From: Psammoneis japonica
Taxonomy: Eukaryota
Assembly (NCBI GenBank): GCA_008632985.1
Contig: QPGO01000065.1
Coordinates: 248,001-312,000 of the forward strand
Direction: 5' to 3'
DNA length: 64,000 nt
The stretch's first letter is position 1, and each line of letters begins with the position of its first letter. Both the position numbers and the translations under genes were made by a program. Of this stretch, positions 15,161 through 27,031 are shown one piece after another. The notes under the pieces were generated by a model. The model was not told where the DNA came from. It saw nothing but the letters and a program-made list of their open reading frames with translations, and ran no database searches.

Positions 15161-15863
15161 TCCTATCGTCAACCGGGAGTCAGTTCTATTTGCTCCTTTC
15201 TGTACGCCGCTTTAACGGAACGAGAAAAGAGGGTGTTAAGTTAGTTGCCGAACGCACCATACATAGCTTCGACTTGCTCAAAAACCCTTTAATACTCACA
15301 GTTGTGCTGCATCGACAAATTGTTCCTCTTGAAACATATCTCTGTAGGTAGCTATGATCATTTTATTGACGGGTCTCAAGGCTCGTAGTCCCTGGGGAGT
15401 GACGAGACTGTGGTTTCCGAAAAACAAGAGATTGCCCGCAAACGAAATCTTATCGGTTCCCATCTTTTTTACACTATGAAACGAGAATTTCCTCAGTCTG
15501 TTCTACCGGCCAATTGTAGATTGTAAACACAGTGTTGACATTTCCCGTTGTACGAACTAGGCAAGACAGACGTTGCATATTCAAATACAAAGAATCGACT
15601 TGGCAACGCAGCCACAACAAAAGGAAAACACAGGACACACTACAAAAACATCTAGTTGACCCGTAATTCCCGTTGCGCCGTTGCTTCTCATGAACCAAGC
15701 CCCCCCTGGCTTCGTTTGCTTCTCGAGTCGCCCGTATGGCAGCAACATGTACGTTGCACCATCTCGACCTCTCGGCCGTGGTGCATTTTGATGCACTCTG
15801 TCCCCGAAACCCAGCCCCAAACAAACAACTACCCCAATTGCTGTCGTTACGGACTGAAGTGGC

Positions 15864-16511
15864 TTACCTGCTTTGTCCTGCGCCCTGATCTGGGCGAGGA
15901 GGAGTACGAGGAGGAGCGTTCTCGGCTCCGTCAGCAGGAGTGTTTCCTGCAGGCCTAGGAGTCCCATCAATCCCGTTGGCCTGGTTGGCAGCAATTTGCG
16001 TCGATTCATCAACCGCCAAGTCCCCAAACATTCTACGAAGGAGCATGTCTTGCTGCGCGTCCTGGTTTTGTAAGAAAATGGCATGCCTGCTGTTTGCGGC
16101 AATGACTTGGTTAGCCGCATGGATGGCGACGTTGTTTCCAGCGATGGCGGCCTGGTTGGCGGCAACAGCATTTTCTTGTACAGCCACAGCTGCATTGTTA
16201 GAATCAGTCTAAAGCAACAAGAAGAGAAGAAAGCAACAAACTGATAAATCACACCATGACACATTCAACCAATGACGTGCAAAACACAAGAAACCTACCA
16301 GATTCTGAATTGCTTCCACCGTTTTGTTTTTGGAGTCCAGAAAAGACTCCAGCAAACTCGCCATTTGACGTTGCGTCATCGTCCCATCACCATCATGAAC
16401 AGCGCGGGCGGCGATGTCACCGATGGGTGGAGCAGCGAGGCGCTGTTCATCAGAAGCACCGCCGCCGTTTTGCCCAGCACCGCCGCCGTTTTGCCCTTCA
16501 CTACCACTCAT
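15864..16511 (-). CDS. Hypothetical Ala/Asn/Gln-rich protein (intron 16209-16298)
   Basis: ATG 16511. A GTAGGT donor and TTTAG acceptor join ORFs 16209..16511 and 15864..16187 in frame. No family recognised. Confidence 0.45.
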
Positions 16512-18579
16512 TTCAAACGGAGAAAACGTGATTGTTGATATTGCCTAGTCTCGGGTAGACTATCAGATCGTTGTAGTAACGGATTGCGGAGTGGCAGAAC
16601 CCTACGTACGTCTAACACGCCATTGTGGTGTGTCGATAACGTGAACGTGAAAGTGCGCCGATTCACAAATCACCGGACGACGGTCAGGGTAACTCGCCTC
16701 AGTTACATGAAGTTTTGAGTCCCGCCTGCTCGGGACTCGTCGAAGCTTCCATCTGGACACCGCGGTGCACCGCGGGAAAAAATGACGACGGGTGCGACAA
16801 TGGCATGCCGATGCAAATACAGTAACTTTTGCTAGTAACAATATTCACTGCACCTAATCAGTGTTTATGAACCACCTATACCCAATTAGTCTACTTTGTG
16901 CATTAGGTGCAGCCGATTCGATGAAATGGCACCAAAACAAAGAACGATCCACGCAGCGTTCGACGACGCGATAAAGCCACGGAAAACGTCGTCTCTTGTT
17001 GGGCATTGGGTTAGTGCTAATGCTTGGTTGACGGAATTGAAGCTGCGGGGTGTGGACAAAGATGTCACGGTAACACAAATGAACGCCGAATTAAAAAAGC
17101 ATCCCGAACACGGACCCCATCTAGAAGCTCCACGACCCGGTGCCGAGGTGCGTGTCGTGAGTGTATCGAAAAGCGTCAACTTTGGATAATGAGTAAAGAA
17201 TATTTTTAGCACACGTCTCAACAAAAAAAGTAGAATTTCACATCACAAAAGTGCCACTTACCGTCAAGAGATTGTAAAACCACCGGCTAGCGAATTTTCC
17301 GACCCCAACCTCCTCCTGGATTCATATCATCCATCCCGATTTTTACCGTGAGAAGTCGAGACGACAGATTGGACATTGACGGCTAAAAATGCAGTGTAGA
17401 ACCGTAATAAAGCGATAAGTACCTAAAGCTTTCAATAATGGGTAAGAAAAATGCAAAATAGCAAGAAAGTGTCGTTAGTTGCTTGCGTTCGAGGTGAATA
17501 TCATCATTTTTCGCGGCAGCAAGTTGTGAGCTCCACAAATCATACACTTACCGTTGTCTACCATCAAATAATGCACACCGTAATCCATATTATCGATGAA
17601 ATCGACCATCCGTTGCTTGGCTTGATCCAAAAGACAGTGTATGACACGCAACAGCCCCATTTCGATTGATGCAGAAATATCGGCCGCAGACAAATGGTTC
17701 AAATGTCGACATGAAACTAAGAGCCGGTGTTCCTCGTTAGGGCTTTTAACATGGTCGAAATGATCCCTATATAAGTGTATGAAACGAGCGTATCAAATAA
17801 AAAGAACGAGTCAGTGACACGAAAGCGCAATACGATTGTATCGCGACAGCACACGAAAAAGAGCAGCGGATGGTGATGCAATTACAAAATCCATTTTTTG
17901 ACCTTTCGATTGAGCAATTACCTTCAAACAAGCGATCAAAATAGTTTCTATATGATGGTAGAAACTATTCTAAAGCACTGCTGTTGTTGAAAAGGTTTGG
18001 CAATAGCATGAAATGCCGTTCCGATTCTCATGGTGAGTGGCGTTCGGCGTTCGGAGGGTGTGTGCGCATACGTGACTGAATGAGTCCCGCCTAACTTCAT
18101 GCAGCCGCGCGCTCGCCGCAGTCCTTAGGAACTACAAGCTCGCTCGCGAGAAAAAAGCCAATTTGCGTTTCGCTAGTACAAAACTTCCGTGGATTTCTAC
18201 GTCGCGCTCTGGAATCCAAGCCAGCAGCTGGTCATGAAAGAAAAAAACAAAGTCATCACATTCAACATGCCAAGCAACCTTACCGCCACGCGTCAACGAT
18301 TTTAAGATATATTGTTGATGATTCTTGTCGCATGCCGGCTTCGTGTTTGAACCACATCTGCGTTTCATCTGGTGTAAAGCGATTGATATAGCTGTTGTTA
18401 GCGGAAAAGCAAGAACTACACGAGCATAAGAACGTCACTGCAACTTTCACAACGAAGTTACAAGCAAAAAGAACATCGTCGACATCACCCTCCTTATGTG
18501 GATCCTTTTGCTCCTCCAAACGTTCACTCGTCGCCTTGACAGGGACTAGTACTACAGTATTGTCATTGGTATCATTCAT

Positions 18580-19656
18580 CATGGATCATGGCACTCGTCA
18601 TGACGATGCAAATCAATTCACGCTGTCGCTATTTGGAGAGGAAAATACTGTAGCAGGTAGCAGCAGCGTGATCCAGAGCGTCAAGCACGTGCTCAAGATA
18701 GTCGACGAAGAAGAAGGAGAGTCGCCCTTGCTATCTTTTAATATTCAAGTCCGTCCGTTTCATCTCAAGGAGTTGTCGCATCTGAGAAGACTGTACCCAC
18801 TCCATCAACTGGACTCGCTTCTAAGTATTCAAGGTTTCTTGGTAAGAAGCTCGCCGATCATCCATCATTTCAAGGTGGCGCACTTTGGATACAGCGTTTG
18901 TGGCAATGTTGAGCGCTTTAACGTGTCTGTAGCTGCCGTAACTCCTTTGCTCTTGTACGCAATCGGTGCGTCTTTCTGATAAGCAAGCTCTTCGTATTCA
19001 AGAGACACCCGATCGAGTGCCAGCTGGACAAACACCGGCTTCGATTCTCTCCTTTCTCTTTGACGATTTGGGCAATCAGGTTAGCCGGGCGACCGTATTG
19101 TAATCACCGGGGTGATACGAGCCCAGCCACGACCAGTAAACCCCAAGGTTAGCAGGTCAATTCTGTATACAAGACACAGGTCGAGGTGATTCATTTCAGG
19201 CGTGTTCATGCCAACGACGAGACGCGCAGTGGTGGCCTAGCGTAGTGTCTCACTTCACTCCAGAACGTGTTGGAAGAGCTCACGAAATTGTCGCAAGAGC
19301 CGGACATTTTTGATTAATAACCTCTTGACCCAAAGCGTGGTATTCTTTGCATACTCTTTGGTGGTAACCACGTACGAGTAAAGTAAAAGCAGGGCCAAGT
19401 CAGTGGCAGCGACGATGATAACCAGAAGACGTCCAAGATCAATACGGCTCTCTAGTCAAGCGTGGCGACATTAGGACCTAATATGTTGCTCTGTGGTGTC
19501 GCAGTTGCTTGGCTATCCATAAGATTTCACCTCAAAGGATTTATACGCCTGGTAAAAGCTCCCCCGCCGTGGTTTTGACGGCTTCTGTCGTGCGTGATGT
19601 CGAGACGAAGGATTTAGTCTTGGAGAGTGGCGCTCTAGTTCTTAGCGATTTACGTG

Positions 19657-19687
<31 letters not shown>

Positions 19688-20530
19688 GGATTCGACACGC
19701 TTGGTACTTTATGAAGCCATGGTATTGCCACGCTCCACGCAAGGACTTCTATTTTGGCGTCGGCAAACCCTGCCTCGTCCAAGTACAATCCCAACCAGTC
19801 TTTGGTGGATAACATTCAACTGCCGCTAACGCTGCTGTCCAGGTTTGATTTGATTTACTTGTTGTCATGAATTCTCCCAACATGGATCACGACCGGCCTT
19901 TGGCTCAGCACCTTGTTGGATTGTACTACGAAACTCCCTCTCGGTCGTACGGCCGCCGTTCACCATGAATTGTCGAGGGAATATCGAGTTTTCCAAGGAC
20001 CATATTCATCCTTACTTGAGTGACGAAGCAACCAAGGAGTTGCTGACGACTTACCTACAGATGCGAAGCACGGGTGGAGGTGGCTCGCGTACTATTTCAG
20101 CCACCCATCGTTAATCGGAATCCATGATTCGTCTCTCGAAAGCATGGCCCAAGATGGGCTTCTCTGCAACCGTCATGAGAGAGAACGTTCAGAAAGCTGT
20201 ACGCTTGATTCGAGTAGCCACGCAAGCCGCAACGACCGGCCCTCGGACGGGTAAGATTGATAAGGACATGATTGAGTTTGGATCGTCAGGCGCAGGAAAA
20301 CGTGTCGTTTCAAATCATGGAGCGCTTGTCTCATGTGAGTTACGACTGTTAAGACAATCACGTGTGTGTCCTTTTCTTTTTTTTTCTCGTTTGCTCATTT
20401 TCATTCTTCCTTTTGTCATACTGAATTGTGCTTGAAAGAAGCGAGGCACTCGCATAGCTGTGCGGGACGCTGTGCAGCAGTTTGTGGAAATTACCAATGC
20501 AGGAGACAAATTGCATCACCATGACGGGGT
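18580..20530 (+). pseudogene. MCM4: DNA replication licensing factor MCM4 pseudogene
   Basis: Motifs [84 protein letters not shown] and ATQAATT.PRTGKID. Many stops, frameshifts and deletions. Confidence 0.9.
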
Positions 20531-21350
20531 AGTAAACACTCTTTTAGGAGCCTGGAGGCGGACGGGTGGGTGCAATTTAATGATCGTGCTCAGACGGTCG
20601 TTGTCCATTCCGGGGTGTTTTGAAACGATGCGTGTTTGATATTTGATTCCGTCCGGTGCTGACGATGGTGTCCGTCATTTGCAGCGTGCGGTATGCGGTA
20701 GTGGGACTTCCCTACTTGTTTGGACACTAGAATTTCAATGAGAGCTGTGCACTACTAGAACCTGCGACGAGTAATCCTCAAACAGATTGTCCGACCAAGT
20801 GCCATCCGTGTGGGAACCTAGCCAGTTTACAAAAATACACTGTGCCACAAGGAGTGCCGCCTGGTGGTGGAACGTTTCCAGTTCCATGCTAGCAATACGA
20901 TTAGGATCCGCACAGCTCGAAGTTGTATGTTGCAATATTTCTATAGCAGCTTTCAGCAGCTACTACGTATCACTGCCGAATGCACTTATGTTTCATACCT
21001 AGCATCAAGAGATCTGGATGGTGAAGGAAAGTGTCAGCTGGTCCACACCACTGATCAAACGGCAACAGCGCTGTGGAGGTGCTGTTATTATACGTGTGGA
21101 ATCGGGGAATTTTGGATGCCCATTCTGAATTTCTTGGTTTCTGTTTTGCTGCCTCCTGAGTTGCTGCTCTTAGTGCTGCCTTAGGCGCACACAACAATTC
21201 AATGCATGCGTGGTTAATGGCGGTCTCCCTCGTTGCTTTTGCATCCGGTACAAAGCAAAAGGAGTAAGTTGTGGAGGCAGAGACATGGAAAGGTCGACGC
21301 ATAATCAAATTTAATATGAAAGTTGGATTTGCGGCAGAAAACCAAGCAAA

Positions 21351-22925
21351 TCACATAATATAATCTTGATTGGCTTTCGCGATATCCTCTTCCCCAGTTA
21401 CACCATCGAAATCAAAATCTTCCCATGTTATCAACTGATACAGTAAAATGTACCCTTCTTGCCAACTCGAGAACTAATTCACGCGGTGCTTCAGGCAGAG
21501 TCTCGTCCTCATATGGGTTGCAATGGTCTCGAAACCACAACCGCAAAAATTCCTTGTCGATATTATCCGGCTCCTTTCCCTCGCTCATACGTTGTTCGTA
21601 TGTACTGGCTAGCCAATACCGCGATGAATCCGGTGTGTGTACCTCATCAATCAGTAAGATCTCACCAGTACTTTCGTCTTTCCCAAACTCGTATTTGGTG
21701 TCGACGAGAATTAAACCGTGGTCTGAAGCTACTTCTTGTCCGAGAGTGAATACCTCTAGAGCGGCTGACGCGCAAACATCCCAATCTTCTTGTGTCATCC
21801 ATCCCTCTGCGACGACATCATCTGGAGAAATAGGGCGGTCGTGGTCTTCCTCTTTTGTTGTGGGTGTCAGGAGGTTCGCCCACAGCTTTTCGTTCTTCGT
21901 CAAGCCCTCTGGCAACTCATGACCGCAGTAGTTCCGCACTCCATTCTGATCATTCTTCCAGATGGAGGTCGAAGTGGATCCCGTCACGTAAGAACTACAG
22001 AGAGGTAAGAACATTAGCATGAGTTGCAATCGAACAACAATGATTTTTACTCCTAAGCGAGATGAGCCGAGCAATGAGGAAACCTACCGGACTATAAATT
22101 CAATCGGAAAGGGACTGATGCCATGCGAAAAGAGAGATAAGAAATGAGTGGTAGGCAATGAAAAACTGTTTCCAGCCAATAAGAAATAACTTACTTGCAC
22201 CGTTTCACAATGCTCACGTTGGAATGAGGTACCGCCACGAGATGGTTCGGAATAATGTGCTTCGTCTTTTCAAACCAAAAGGCGCTAGTCAAGTTCAACA
22301 CTGCTCCCTTGTAAGGCACGGATGCCAAGTGTCGATCGAACCCTGATTGGCGGTCCGTGGTCACCAATGCCATTGCACCAGCACCAGCATGCCGATCACG
22401 AACCTTTCCCCTCATCCGCTCTGGCAACCCGGCTCCAGCAATGTTGTCGCCGGTGATTTGATCATTTCTATCGTATGCCCTTGCAATGGCTTGAGCGTAC
22501 TTAGGAGATTTCGTCTGCAGCTGAGCATCATCGACCAGACGGCTCTGCTTGCGTTTTGCAAGAGACTCGCGTAGACACCGTCGAACCTGCTCATCCGCAA
22601 GCCCACACCATTTGGCGATTTCCAACGCTGCGTCGTGAGAAGGTTCTTTGATTTTCAACACTGGTACAGGAGTTTCATTCTCCAACGCCGATATTAATCG
22701 TGAACCTTGTTCCGAAGCAGTGACAAGGTACACACAACACTGCTGGTTCTTGAGTTTTAGCCAAACTCTCGAAAGGAATACTCGCAGATCGAACGCTCGA
22801 ATCAAACAGGCCAAATTTCGACGCCAACTCGGTACAAATAGTATGTGCCGTGGCGATGAGGTCCTCATAATCCTCCATGTCGATAAGCAGGAAAACCTTG
22901 GGAGCCGCTTCATGGTGAGAGCGCA
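21351..22925 (-). pseudogene. purC: SAICAR synthase preceded by a PurE-like domain; introns 22115-22194 and 21995-22087; frameshifts near 22720 and 21452; 5' end lost at the tandem array
   Basis: Motifs RGKVRD, TTDRQSGFDR, VPYKGAVLN, PFPIEFIVRSYVTGST, LLTPTTK, LILVDTKYEFG, LIDEVHTPDSSRYW and DKEFLRLWF. Gene versus pseudogene status is uncertain. Confidence 0.8.
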
Positions 22926-22989
22926 AACTCTGTACCGGGTACGCAAATCGACCAGGAATTTGTGTGTATTCGTACTTAAGAAAAGTCCC

Positions 22990-23300
22990 AGTGGACAAAT
23001 CGACCCCATGCTTATGTGTTCTAAAAATCGATAGTGGACAAATCGACCCCCACCATAAACTCCTGGTAGATTTGTCCACCCATGTTTATGTGTTCTAAAA
23101 TCGATAGTGGACAAATCGACCCCCACCATAAACTCCTGGTAGATTTGTCCACCCCATGTTTATGTGTTCTTAAAATCGATAGTGGACAAATCGACCCCCA
23201 CCATAAACTCCTGGTAGATTTGTCCACCCCATGTTTATGTGTTCTTAAAATCGATAGTGGACAAATCGACCCCCACCATAAACTCCTGGTCAATTTGTCC
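22990..23300. repeat. Tandem array of 73-75-bp units, each with an 11-bp inverted repeat (GTGGACAAATC...GATTTGTCCAC)
   Basis: tcgatagtggacaaatcgacccccaccataaactcctggt recurs at 23028, 23101, 23176 and 23251, plus a partial unit at 22991. Confidence 0.95.
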
Positions 23301-23525
23301 GAACCCGGCCGGCGCGCTTGCTAGTCCCCTAATACGCTACCGTATACCCGCCCTGCGGACGCACATCATCACTGACCGGCCGTCTGACCTGAAATCGACT
23401 CGATCATGATCGTGATCGATCATCGATAATTACAGTACTGTAGAAGTAGTAATCACAATCACCACCCCCACATCGACAAATGGCACCTGTAGAGTGTTAT
23501 CTCGGTTGTCATTGCTACAAGCAAG

Positions 23526-25007
23526 ATGATGGACGATCCCTATGATGACTTTGATCCTCGCAACTACGTGTATGGGGCTGATGAAGAAGCGGAAGAAGTT
23601 GTTTATCCGTAGGAACTCGGTGCGACAAAGATCGAAACGAATGTCTACGAACGTAAGTTGTCATTGAACCTCAGTCAAGACGTCAACCACAGTAACTTTC
23701 AAGCATCCCAGCAGCATCTGCCTGCTTCTTCATTGCAACCGCGACGGGCTAGAAAACGGCAACGTGCGCAGCCCATACCGCGTCAGAGTCACAACCAATA
23801 CGACGACTCGCAGGCCCAAGATTATTCTGGTAACGAGGAAGAAGATATTTTTGCTTCAGTGAGGTCGTTTCTGAAAAACCAACAAGCTCCAGACATACCG
23901 TGTGTCGCTAAGGGAGCAATTCCAACACCAGAAGTTAATGCAACTAACGATGCTTCTTCCTCCTCAGTCCCGGACTCTCAAGTGGCAAATGCGGACACCA
24001 TGACAGAAGTCGTCGCTCAACAAGAAAAACAGGATCCTGTCGACGAAGAAAAGGTGAAAGAACCTGATACGAATCCACTTTACGCGAGGAAAATGCATGG
24101 CTTTAATCCAGAACATCAAGTTGCTGGTGATTGCTACTGGATTTGACGCACACTGGAGGCGGTATCCAATTAAGCTGTGGTATGATAAAGGCCAAAGGTC
24201 GCGACACAACGGTGGTGGAGGCGCTTGTACCAGCTGTCTTGATTCACCCGATCGGCTCTGATCTGCACGCTGAGCGCTGCATCCTTGGGAGACGTAAGAA
24301 TGGCCAGAAGCGCTCGATGAATTTGCGTTTCACGTACATTATCTCCAGTTTTCACGCATCTTTGTCGAATAAGTTTGATCAGCCAAGTATTATGCCCAAC
24401 AAATCTCCACCGATCTGCAATTGCCGGACTGGCAGCGCCAACACAGCAGTACACGGCAATATCCCACGATGAGTACTATCGCTGTTCCGAATGCAGGCAT
24501 GTATTGTGATACTGTATTAAGAGAAGATTGGAGGTTGCCAACGATATCCGAAAGCACGAGAGATTCATGAATCATGGTGCCGGTGCCGGAGACCACTAGT
24601 TGCAGCTCTTGTACGATTGGAGATAGACTATGGGATGGCTACTTTTATAGGATATCATAAATTTGCGCTCATACTGGTATTCTATTTCATCAACACCGGT
24701 TTGGCGTGACGCTGGAGGCGCTTGTATTGAGATGATGTTGTACTATACGATTAGTTTGAAGAAGACCTATTATATTACATCAAAGGCACTCCCATTTCCA
24801 GATACTTCTCTTCCTCCTCGGTCAACTCACCCAATCAATATCTCCGGTTCGGAGGCAGTTGAAGCTTTCGCGGCCGCCATTGTCGACGCCCCAAATCGAC
24901 GCTCAAGATTTTCTCGTTTCCATGGCATGAGTAAGCTCCGGACCACACGACCACCACAAATATCTGCTACTAGTACTATTACGTATGATTGGTTGGAACT
25001 TGATTGA
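23526..25007 (+). pseudogene. Disrupted hypothetical coding region
   Basis: Acidic, low-complexity coding-like ORF pieces (23526-, 23658..24146) interrupted by stops. No family recognised. Confidence 0.25.
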
Positions 25008-25188
25008 CTTTCTAATGTTTGTATTTTCGTATGCAGCCCATCCGTGCCAAAGGATAAGATTTCACCGTGGTACAGAGCCAGCGGCAGCACCCTTTGCTGT
25101 CGACTGTGATATCTGTACTGGTGTGGCAGTGGCTTGTCAAAGTCTCGCTGGCGTGGGTCCGTTGCCATTGTTCTTGCTTTAGGATATA

Positions 25189-27031
25189 TTACTCGACAAA
25201 CTCCTGCAAGAGAGATACACCAATGAAGTTGCGTCCATGGCGGCTGATCCAATCTTGGTCAAAGCCAGAAGGAAACTTGCGTTCCGGCAACGACAAATAG
25301 TACATGAACATGGGGACAAAAACTCCGCAATCACATCCTAGAAAAATCGGTACGCAAAAGGAGATGAAGTGAGTTCCAAAGGTTCAATCCAAGTACAGCC
25401 ATGCTTATTCGACTTAATTGACACGTACCGGTGTCCTGTTGGGGAGTATCATCAATGGGCGTCTCGATCAGTTTCCACTTGCGCGAATTAGGAAGCGACT
25501 TGCCCTTTTTCTTGTTCTTGTATTCGTCACGGAGGTAGCGCTTGAGTTTGGCCAAGATATAGGGGTAATGGTCACCAAGAGAGTCAAAGATTTGAATCTT
25601 CTCTTCCCGAACAAAGATGGCAGCCAAAATCCAATGGGTGGAGCGGACATGGATTGGAATCAAAACAATGTTCTTGTCCAAAATACCTGTTGTGCCAAAG
25701 CAATGTGTGAGAAGGAGAGACACGACAGGATTAACACAGTACCAGCAAAGACACCACACTCACCGTCCTTCTTGGTCCAATTCTCAACCCTCTTGTAGTC
25801 GTACGACGTGGCATTGGGGCAGGACTTGGAGAGGGACGAGTAGAAGTGTGTCGACATGATCTTGATGCCACCAGGGATCTTGACAGACTCATCACGCTTT
25901 GCCAAGAGTTTACCGAAGCCATCAATAATGACATCGTTGACCCACACCTCATCTTTCAAAGTCTGGAGCGCCCCGCCTGTCAAGAACGGTTTCTTGAGGA
26001 TGTTGTTGGTGTACTGTGGGCCCATGCGTTCACGAAACTGTCTCACCTTCGTGGTATCCAGATCAGTGGACACAGCCTTGCCAATGAGACTTTCATCATG
26101 ATCGTGAGAGCCGGTGCTCTTAGCCACGCCCGTGGTGGCGGTAAGGGCGGTGGCGCCAGCATCATCCAAAGATAGCGAGGCAACAAAACTCTTTCCTGAT
26201 AGAATATCATTGAATTTCTGCTCCAAACCGTGAGCGACAACACTATTGACTTGATTGAGCGCCTCCTCGACATTGTCAATCCGGTCGTTCAACATGCTAA
26301 TGGCCGCGTTGGTAGCTTGCTGGGCTCGGAAAAAGTCTTGATGCTGATAGCCAATGGTAGCCAACTCTTCCCTCATGGCCTCCACACTGGGCGTTGGTTT
26401 CTTTGAACTTGGCTTCATGTTGAATAACTTCGTTCATGAGCTGAGCCAATTGTTCTTGCAGATCGGCATTCATCAGTGCGACTTTGTTCAAGTCGGTTGT
26501 GTCATCGATGTTGACATCTTCAATACCGAGCTGTTGACACATGGCCACGGTAGCAACACCCAACTCTGCAAAGGCTTTCAAGTCCCAATCCTGGAGGAAC
26601 TTGCTTGGAGCGACACAGAATCGACCCATCAAATGGTTGTTGAGGATTTTGTTGAACTGTTCCTTTTGCCTTTGAGCTTTAAGGTTGTTGAATGAATTCA
26701 ATTTCTCGGCCATGTCTGGGTCATTGACAAACTGGCGAAGGAGGTAGTTCTTGGCTTCCGTGTGGTCCTCCTTGCTGTCTTTGGCCAATACATATTTGGG
26801 CCGACCATGGTCACAAGACGAGATATCCTCCACCTTTCCGTAGTAGAGTCGGTTTGTCTCCTCACAGATTCCAAACAAATTTGGATTGGGGAAGTACTTC
26901 ATTTGGAACTTTTGGCAGCGCGCACCGTTGACGTAAATGGTTGCGGTTGGAGTTGCCCCATTTTCAAGGGCCTCTTCCACCTGTAGCTTCTTGACATCGC
27001 GTTCGGCGCGGGTAAGATCAATGCCCGTCAT
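25189..27031 (-). CDS. Ulp1/SENP-type (C48) cysteine protease with long N-terminal coiled-coil region; introns 25687-25763 and 25338-25428; apparent frameshift near 26385
   Basis: Motifs WVNDVIID, STHFYSSL, YDYKRVENWTKK, LIPIHVRSTHW (His), IFDSLG (Asp) and PQQDTG|CDCGVF (Gln, Cys). Two GT-AG introns restore the catalytic triad. Stop at 25189. Confidence 0.85.

Noticed and set aside
16896..17710. Protein-coding gene(s)
   Set aside because: Only short ORF pieces with stops and no recognisable motif.
20700..21340. Histidine-phosphatase-like gene fragment downstream of purC
   Set aside because: Only a vague resemblance, with no intact RHG motif.
22990..23300. CRISPR array (palindromic repeats at regular spacing)
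   Set aside because: Whole units are identical with no unique spacers, there are no cas genes, and the context is eukaryotic.
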